Shown one piece after another: positions 58,650 to 64,000 of a stretch of 64,000 bases of DNA (the first letter of the stretch is position 1; each line of letters begins with the position of its first letter). The notes beneath the pieces were generated by a model. It searched no databases. It saw only the letters and a list, made by a program, of their open reading frames with translations, and was not told where the DNA came from. The stretch lies in the IMG/VR virus record IMGVR_UViG_3300030116_007754, positions 5,052 to 69,051 of that record, one strand, 5' to 3'. The position numbers were made by a program, and so were the translations under genes. Source of the DNA: a virus.

Positions 58650-58965
58650 TGAAAGATTCTCCACAACCACAAGATGATTTAGTAAGTGGATTATTTATTT
58701 TAAGAAAACTTCCCATAAGTTCTTGAACATAATCAATCTCACTTCCCATAATATACATTTCTGCAACCTTATCTATAGCAAGTACAACATTATCTCTAAT
58801 TGGGTATATAGAGTGAGAATTATCGTAACTATCAAGATAATCCCACTTATAACTGAATCCAGCACATCCTCCTCCTGAAACTCCAAATGATATTATATCT
58901 TTGTTATTTTTCTTAGCAATAGAATACAAATATTCTTTTGCACTATCTGTTACTGTAACTATCAT
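58642..58965 (-). CDS. iscA: A-type Fe-S carrier, IscA/HesB family (AMG)
   Basis: VTDSAKEY..GVSGGGCAGFSY..GSEIDYV..GS...NP..SSCGCGESFSV. Confidence 0.93.
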   Translation of the reverse strand: MIVTVTDSAKEYLYSIAKKNNKDIISFGVSGGGCAGFSYKWDYLDSYDNSHSIYPIRDNVVLAIDKVAEMYIMGSEIDYVQELMGSFLKINNPLTKSSCGCGESFSV

Positions 58966-59713
58966 AAGTAAACATATTTCCTAAATTATCTGTTGCTTCT
59001 ATATAAACTTCTTTGTTAGAAGTATTTATTGGCATCATAAAAAATACATCTTGAGCAATACCAATAGTTCCATTATATTCCCAAACAAGTTTTTTATCAA
59101 CCCACATTTTTACATTATCAATATATTCAGCTGGAATCTCACTTCTGGTTAATTGATTGAATTGCATTCCTGAAAAGTTTGGATGCCATATTTTTATTTT
59201 AGTCCAACCATTTGTTTGTAGTAAGTTGATAGTTCCAAAAACCTTATCTGTTATATTCAATGGAGGTGCTGAACAACCTCCTGCAGCTTTAATAAATTGT
59301 TTGTTATATCTTTTATTACCGTAACTATCTTCTGATACTAAGGTCAAGTAAGTGTATGCATTTACTCTAACATTAGTCATTACAAATGGTTCTATATTGT
59401 GAAATTCAAACTCAGCACAACATGGTGATGGGTTGTCATCTATAATTAAAGTTAACTTTGTGAAGTATTGTATTCCTGTTCCAGCATCTCTAAGTGTAAC
59501 TTCTACACCAGCTGGATCTATTGCTCTATATGGTGCTTGGATTTGTACACTATCATCATAAAATAAATATTCATTTCCAAATATATCTTCCTTTAACCAT
59601 TCATCCCAAGTAGAAGTCTTAGCATATGTTGCAGAAGCTAACCATATAATTAATCCAAAGACTATCATCATTACATAAAAAAACCATTTTAAAAACCAAT
59701 CTGGATCCCTCAT
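58943..59713 (-). CDS. Fused SoxY/SoxZ-like carrier, quinoprotein-dehydrogenase-associated type
   Basis: N-terminal TM/signal; APYRA.D..V..LIIDDNPSP..F..TNVRVNAYT..KAAGGCSAPP (SoxY-like swinging arm) followed by HPNFSGMQ..Q..IPA.YI (SoxZ-like). Confidence 0.8.
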   Translation of the reverse strand: MRDPDWFLKWFFYVMMIVFGLIIWLASATYAKTSTWDEWLKEDIFGNEYLFYDDSVQIQAPYRAIDPAGVEVTLRDAGTGIQYFTKLTLIIDDNPSPCCAEFEFHNIEPFVMTNVRVNAYTYLTLVSEDSYGNKRYNKQFIKAAGGCSAPPLNITDKVFGTINLLQTNGWTKIKIWHPNFSGMQFNQLTRSEIPAEYIDNVKMWVDKKLVWEYNGTIGIAQDVFFMMPINTSNKEVYIEATDNLGNMFTYDSYSNR

Positions 59714-60051
59714 CTATTTCTCCAATCTCTTTTGTCGCCTCTCGGCTGTGTTACTGTTTTGACACATATGTGGTTACTATGTGTAGTTATTACAAATTCA
59801 TCTCTCACTTCTTTATAATCCTGACATCTATAATGACACTTAACAGAGTCATCACCAAAGAAAGGTTCTACTCTTTTTTCTTTTACTAATCTACAAGAGA
59901 CAAAGTATTGATTTCTTTGATCATATAATCTACCTTTACCACTCCACTTGTAGTTATTAACTAATGTAGGATGTACACAATTAGGTGTATGTATATGACT
60001 TATTGTCAATGTAGGATAAAACAAAATTATTAGTATTAAAAATATTCTCAT
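59710..60051 (-). CDS. Secreted Cys-containing hypothetical protein
   Basis: Signal-like N-terminus, five Cys; ATGA-coupled to the SoxYZ-like gene. Confidence 0.55.
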   Translation of the reverse strand: MRIFLILIILFYPTLTISHIHTPNCVHPTLVNNYKWSGKGRLYDQRNQYFVSCRLVKEKRVEPFFGDDSVKCHYRCQDYKEVRDEFVITTHSNHICVKTVTQPRGDKRDWRNR

Positions 60052-60090
60052 AGAACAATATACCTTATTATTATATAGAAGACAACTGTT

Positions 60091-60246
60091 TTAGCTTTTG
60101 ATAAAGTCTATGAATGTTACTATTCCAAATAAAATTATAACAAACAAATATATCCAAAACCAGTGACTTCTCATCAATTTTTGAGTTATATCCATTTGTT
60201 GCTTAACTCTTTTTTCCTCAGCTGCTGCTTTTTTATTAGGTATCAT
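60091..60246 (-). CDS. Small single-TM membrane protein
   Basis: Not in ORF track. 51 aa MIPNKKAAAEEKRVKQQMDITQKLMRSHWFWIYLFVIILFGIVTFIDFIKS; ATGA overlap with the upstream gene. Confidence 0.55.
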   Translation of the reverse strand: MIPNKKAAAEEKRVKQQMDITQKLMRSHWFWIYLFVIILFGIVTFIDFIKS

Positions 60247-60443
60247 TCTATTGCTCCTATAGATCTAAGTGGCAATGGCTTACCAAATTTATCACAAACA
60301 AGTTCACCATCTACAGAACCAGTTATCATTTTTTTAAATTTATTATTATAATAAAGAACTGGTTTTACTTCTTTACCATCTAACATTCTTTTACGATTTA
60401 CAACTTTTTCTTTTGCAAATCTATTTCTATTATTACGAGCCAT
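60243..60443 (-). CDS. Small basic hypothetical protein
   Basis: DGKEVKPVLY..G.VDGELV.D..GKPLP; coupled by TAATG. Confidence 0.6.
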   Translation of the reverse strand: MARNNRNRFAKEKVVNRKRMLDGKEVKPVLYYNNKFKKMITGSVDGELVCDKFGKPLPLRSIGAIE

Positions 60444-60889
60444 TAGTTACCTAGTGCTTTCCATATAACATAAAATACAACCCAAATTGAACATAACCCT
60501 CCAACTGCTACTAGTGTCCACATTATCATTTCTTCTCTTTTTTTCTTAGCAGCTATTATTGCTTCTTTTCTTCTTCTTCTAATATCAGCTTGAATTCTCA
60601 ATACTTCATTCCAAGCTGATGGACCATGAGATAAATTAATAAATGTTCTTAACTCATCTTCCATAGCTTTTACCTTTTTCTGGTGAGCAAATATTTCGAG
60701 TGCTTCTTCCTCAACACTCATTCCTTTACTTTTAGCTGTTTTAGCTTCTTTGTTGACAGTTTCAACTGAAGACATCCATCTACCTATGTCACCATACATA
60801 GACTCTATATCTCTACCAACTTCAAAGCCTTTTTTGATAGCATTAAATGCGGCTGTTGCTCCCGCTATAGCTGTGATTGGATCTACCAT
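60443..60889 (-). CDS. Conserved phage hypothetical protein with C-terminal TM
   Basis: MVDPITAIAGATAAFNAIKKG..GRDIESM..SVEEEAL; RBS GGGAG; CATAAATA at 60908-60915. Confidence 0.7.
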   Translation of the reverse strand: MVDPITAIAGATAAFNAIKKGFEVGRDIESMYGDIGRWMSSVETVNKEAKTAKSKGMSVEEEALEIFAHQKKVKAMEDELRTFINLSHGPSAWNEVLRIQADIRRRRKEAIIAAKKKREEMIMWTLVAVGGLCSIWVVFYVIWKALGN

Positions 60890-60948
60890 TTATTCTCCCT
60901 CTAACTATATTTATGTTAAAATAAATTAACTTTTTTTTGTTTTGCCTG

Positions 60949-60977
60949 TTGACCTCAGAACATTTCTATAGTACAAT
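60949..60977 (+). promoter_or_regulatory. Early sigma70 promoter TTGACC-N17-TACAAT
   Basis: -35 at 60949-60954, -10 at 60972-60977, T-rich UP element. Confidence 0.7.
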
Positions 60978-61018
60978 AGTAAAATAGAGAGATATAAATT
61001 ATTAACATAGGAGTGATT

Positions 61019-61318
61019 ATGATAAATTATATTACAAAACAAACTTATACTGGTAAGAACTGGGATATTCTAGGTTCTGCAGGTTATGACGAATCTTGTT
61101 ATTTCGTTACTTTTAAACAAGCTATTAGATTTCTTGAAGGAGTTTCTGGAAAGACTATGAAAGGTCTTACTAAAGCTGCTACTCTTTATAGATATAAGAA
61201 AGAGAAGAATGAAGAAACCGGTAAGGTTGAATTGAAACCTATTCCATTCTCAGTTTTTGATCTTGATGATATTACTAAGAAACTAGGTAAAAGACCTTCT
61301 ATTAAGGAGGTCAAGTAA
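61019..61318 (+). CDS. ArdC-like N-terminal ssDNA-binding domain protein (putative anti-restriction)
   Basis: N..T...Y.G.N..IL..F.TFKQA..VF pattern; RBS AGGAG supports ATG at 61019. Confidence 0.5.
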   Translation: MINYITKQTYTGKNWDILGSAGYDESCYFVTFKQAIRFLEGVSGKTMKGLTKAATLYRYKKEKNEETGKVELKPIPFSVFDLDDITKKLGKRPSIKEVK

Positions 61319-61533
61319 TGAGTTTAGAAAAAGTTGGAATTACATTATCATTAGATGACTTAAAAGAAGTCAAAACTAATAAAGAACTTGCTATAGAAAA
61401 TATAGAAACTATTGTTAAGTATATGAAAAATAAATGTTCAAATCAATCAAGTTATAATGTTAGTAATCAATCTAAAAGTTGGTTGTTACATTATGCCGAA
61501 ATGATAGAAATAGAAGTTAATAAGTTAAAATAG
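61318..61533 (+). CDS. Hypothetical early protein
   Basis: ORF with AAGGAGG RBS, TAATG coupling. Confidence 0.6.
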   Translation: MSLEKVGITLSLDDLKEVKTNKELAIENIETIVKYMKNKCSNQSSYNVSNQSKSWLLHYAEMIEIEVNKLK

Positions 61534-61536
61534 CTG

Positions 61537-61568
61537 TTGACTTTATTTTGATAATATGAGACTATAAT
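61537..61568 (+). promoter_or_regulatory. Early promoter (repeat unit) TTGACT-N17-GACTAT(AAT)
   Basis: CTGTTGACTTTATTT..TG.GACTATAATAATA, near-identical to 63292-63331. Confidence 0.65.
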
Positions 61569-61599
61569 AATATAATATTAATTTAAACAGGAGTGAGAT

Positions 61600-61848
61600 A
61601 TGAATTATATTAGAACAATCAATATGGATGGACCAGCTGGTAATGCTATGAACTTAATGGCTACTGCTAAACGTATGGCTAAAGACCATGGTGAGAATGG
61701 ATCTAAGATAGTAAAAGAAATGATGGATACTGGTGAGTATGATATACTTGTTCAAACTTTTCTTTTTTATTTTGGTGATTATGTAAGATTAGTTAACAGT
61801 AGTGGTAAGGATATCACATACGATTATATAAGGGAAGATAATGGTTAA
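61600..61848 (+). CDS. Conserved phage hypothetical protein
   Basis: I..DGP.GNA..LM..A..IV.EM..G.Y..LV..F motif; RBS AGGAG. Confidence 0.65.
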   Translation: MNYIRTINMDGPAGNAMNLMATAKRMAKDHGENGSKIVKEMMDTGEYDILVQTFLFYFGDYVRLVNSSGKDITYDYIREDNG

Positions 61849-62089
61849 AGAATCGATCTTTGTAGTAACTATCATCATACAAACTTTTGGTGGTGAGAAG
61901 TTACCTGTTCAAGTTGAGACAGTTACTGATGAGATAACTTGTCAAGAACAACTTGAACAATTTAATCCTGTTAAAATGAAGATGATGGGTGCTACTATGG
62001 AAGCTACTGCTGAATGTATTCCGTTGACTGATGAAGAGAAAGATAGTATAATAATTTTAGATTTAGAAAATGAGGAGATTGAATTATGA
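61841..62089 (+). CDS. Hypothetical early protein
   Basis: Coupled ORF. Confidence 0.55.
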   Translation: MVKESIFVVTIIIQTFGGEKLPVQVETVTDEITCQEQLEQFNPVKMKMMGATMEATAECIPLTDEEKDSIIILDLENEEIEL

Positions 62090-62328
62090 TTAAATTTGAC
62101 CATAAAAAATTAGCTAAGGCTACTAATATACACTTTGTTGCTCAAGTCAAACAATATTTGAAAGATGCTAAAGATTGTATGATCGAAGAGTTTGAAACTG
62201 AGCAAGATCCAAAGAGAAAGAAAGAACTAGAAGAAGGTTCATATTATATCGAAAGACTTCAAGAAAGTTTATGTGAAAAGTTAAGTAAGCCTGAGTTTAG
62301 TTTCAAGTCTAGTGATCTAGGTTTATGA
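62086..62328 (+). CDS. Hypothetical early protein
   Basis: RBS GAGGAG, ATGA overlap. Confidence 0.6.
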   Translation: MIKFDHKKLAKATNIHFVAQVKQYLKDAKDCMIEEFETEQDPKRKKELEEGSYYIERLQESLCEKLSKPEFSFKSSDLGL

Positions 62329-62474
62329 TTTTATCTCCTTGCAAGAAAGTTTGCAAGTTAAATGAAGATAATACTCATTGTATAATATGTAAAAGAACTG
62401 TTGAACATATTACTAATTGGAAGTATTATACTAATGAAGAACGTAAAAAAATAATGGAGAAACTTAATGACTGA
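62325..62474 (+). CDS. DUF1289 (YdhL-like) small Cys-rich putative Fe-S protein
   Basis: Not in ORF track. 49 aa MILSPCKKVCKLNEDNTHCIICKRTVEHITNWKYYTNEERKKIMEKLND matches the SPC..VC..C..C.RT..I..W..ER..I pattern. Confidence 0.8.
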   Translation: MILSPCKKVCKLNEDNTHCIICKRTVEHITNWKYYTNEERKKIMEKLND

Positions 62475-63012
62475 AGTACCTGCTCACTTAGGTGGACAAA
62501 ATGGAAGATGTTGGGATGACGAAGGTTGTCTTGATTGGGCTATCAAAACATTTGATGTTAAAAGTATGTTAGATATTGGATGTGGTTATGGTTGTCAGGT
62601 TAAATTAGCTAGAAGTAAAGGTTTGAAATCAATTGGATTAGAGGGTGACGTTACAGTCTTTAGAGAGGATCTTCAAGAAGAAATAGATTTTACAAAAACA
62701 AAATACTTATCTGAAATAGAATATGATCTAATATGGAGTGTTGAATTCTTAGAGCATGTTGAAGAAAAATACATAGATAATTATATAGAGGCATTTAAAT
62801 CAGGCAAGTATGTTATATGTACTCATGCACAACCAGGTCAAGCTGGTCACCATCATGTTAACTGTAAACCAAAATCATATTGGATCGATTTGTTTGCAAA
62901 ACATGGTTTATTCTACAGTGAAGAGTTTACAAATCAAATGAAGGAATCAAGCACTATGGGTAAACCATTCATTAAGCGTAATGGTTTATTCTTTAAACAA
63001 TGGCCTTCCTAA
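62467..63012 (+). CDS. Class I SAM-dependent methyltransferase
   Basis: MLDIGCGYG motif I; YDLIWSVEFLEHV; PGQ.G.HHVN....YW. Confidence 0.85.
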   Translation: MTEVPAHLGGQNGRCWDDEGCLDWAIKTFDVKSMLDIGCGYGCQVKLARSKGLKSIGLEGDVTVFREDLQEEIDFTKTKYLSEIEYDLIWSVEFLEHVEEKYIDNYIEAFKSGKYVICTHAQPGQAGHHHVNCKPKSYWIDLFAKHGLFYSEEFTNQMKESSTMGKPFIKRNGLFFKQWPS

Positions 63013-63031
63013 ACTTTTTTTTATTTAACTG

Positions 63032-63060
63032 TTGACCTTTATTCGTTATTGTGAGATAAT
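63032..63060 (+). promoter_or_regulatory. Early promoter TTGACC-N17-GATAAT
   Basis: -35 at 63032-63037, extended TG, -10 at 63055-63060. Confidence 0.6.
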
Positions 63061-63085
63061 AGTATAATAAGAGAAGGAGTTTATT

Positions 63086-63286
63086 ATGCAATGGTGCTTT
63101 AACGAACATAAAGATGTCCCAAGGGACATTAGAGACTTTGTTGACAACGCTTCTGGCGGTCAATTTAACAATCTATCAATCGAAGAAATCAATGATTTCT
63201 TAACAAGCTATGACGCTTTCTGTAACCAGGATATGGCTTATCCTGACGAATGTGTTGTAACTGGTGAACAGCCTAAATTATTTTAA
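63086..63286 (+). CDS. Hypothetical early protein
   Basis: RBS AAGGAG; own promoter. Confidence 0.6.
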   Translation: MQWCFNEHKDVPRDIRDFVDNASGGQFNNLSIEEINDFLTSYDAFCNQDMAYPDECVVTGEQPKLF

Positions 63287-63294
63287 TTTAGCTG

Positions 63295-63326
63295 TTGACT
63301 TTATTTCGATATTGTGGGACTATAAT
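63295..63326 (+). promoter_or_regulatory. Early promoter (repeat unit) TTGACT-N17-GACTAT(AAT)
   Basis: Near-identical to 61537-61568. Confidence 0.65.
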
Positions 63327-63368
63327 AATATAACATTAAATATTAATAATTAACTAAGGAGTGAGAAT

Positions 63369-63563
63369 ATGATGTTAAAACCTTATACTGTTTATGAAAT
63401 AGCAGAAAGAATAGAAGAATGTGTGGACAATGCTAGAGATAGCAAAGGTCATGGAGTGGATAGTGCTCTTGATGATCTTATGAGTCTTGTAGGAGATCTA
63501 TATGAGCATAAAGCTCAAGTATTAAAATTAATTAACAATAAGAAAGGAGTGAATAATGTTTAA
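63369..63563 (+). CDS. Hypothetical early protein
   Basis: RBS AAGGAG; own promoter. Confidence 0.6.
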   Translation: MMLKPYTVYEIAERIEECVDNARDSKGHGVDSALDDLMSLVGDLYEHKAQVLKLINNKKGVNNV

Positions 63564-63753
63564 GATGCTTATTGTTTTATTTGCTGTAGTTGGATTATCC
63601 AGCTGTGGTACTGTTGCTGGCTTTGGTGATGATATCAAGTCAGTAGCTAAATGGTCAGAAAAGAAAATGACCGAAGAAGAGAAGTCTGAAGAATTACAGG
63701 ACGAAGGCTTTTCTGGAGTTGAAACTATTCCTGTAGAGAAGGAGGAACTATAA
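63556..63753 (+). CDS. Entericidin EcnA/B-like lipoprotein
   Basis: Signal peptide with lipobox LSSC followed by GTVAGFGDDIKS. Confidence 0.7.
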   Translation: MFKMLIVLFAVVGLSSCGTVAGFGDDIKSVAKWSEKKMTEEEKSEELQDEGFSGVETIPVEKEEL

Positions 63754-64000
63754 TGGTTGCTGCTGTTGAAACTATGGCTTATGCTGGTGAACTTCCTTGG
63801 CATGGATTAGGCAAGAAAGTTCCACAAGACTTATCTACTGATGAGTTTATTAAACAAGCAGGACTTGATTGGACTGTTTCTAAGAAACCTTTATTCTTTA
63901 TGAATAAAGAAAGTAAACCTATTAGTACAGGAATGAATGCTTTAGTTAGAGATACAGATGATAAGATTCTTACTCATGTATCTTCTAAATGGAATCCTGT
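63753..64000 (+). CDS. DUF932/DUF945 (LGT_TIGR03299-like) phage/plasmid protein, partial
   Basis: Not in ORF track. MVAAVETMAYAGELPWHGLGKKV..AGLDWTVSK; runs off the window. Confidence 0.8.
   Translation, partial: MVAAVETMAYAGELPWHGLGKKVPQDLSTDEFIKQAGLDWTVSKKPLFFMNKESKPISTGMNALVRDTDDKILTHVSSKWNP

Noticed and set aside
58943-59713. Thiosulfate-oxidation (sox) pathway AMG
   Set aside because: Fused architecture with an internal GGCSAPP and no other sox genes in the window; fits the quinoprotein-associated family better
1-64000. tRNA, rRNA, CRISPR array, introns/inteins, integrase or transposase
   Set aside because: None recognised by eye; intergenic gaps are short, and gp17, gp18 and gp20 have ordinary lengths with no obvious insertions
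1-64000. Genome-wide stop-codon reassignment
   Set aside because: Core genes are full length in the standard code and use TAA, TAG and TGA as stops; only the single in-frame TAG at 24226-24228 is noted

Overview
AT-rich segment of a T4-like (Tevenvirinae/Kyanoviridae-style, probably marine) myophage genome whose host is most likely an alphaproteobacterium. Positions 1-47.4 kb (minus strand) are the late structural region: gp48, gp53, hub, gp5, PAAR, gp25, gp6, gp7-like, gp9-like, gp8, a VrlC-like protein, gp13-gp20, and four paralogous three-gene fibre cassettes (fibre + LamG/SPRY + LamG/SPRY), two upstream of gp13 and two immediately downstream of the portal gene. Positions 47.4-52.2 kb (plus strand) carry gp4, gp2, gp54-like, gp26 and gp51. 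Positions 52.2-60.9 kb (minus strand) mix gp32, gp59 and gp33 with auxiliary metabolic genes: PstS, peroxiredoxin, a cupin, SleB hydrolase, IscU, IscA and a SoxYZ-like carrier. Positions 61-64 kb (plus strand) are small early genes behind repeated sigma70-type promoters. The most striking observation is a 25-codon ORF missed by the ORF track (58265-58342, minus; MSWTKPQITEISVGLEINSYACAEK) that looks like the PQQ precursor peptide PqqA. It has its own RBS, a GC-rich 5' hairpin and a terminator, and lies among a quinoprotein-dehydrogenase-associated SoxYZ-like gene and iscA/iscU, which suggests a phage-borne module supporting PQQ and quinoprotein metabolism. All calls are from reading the sequence and recalled family motifs; no database searches were run.
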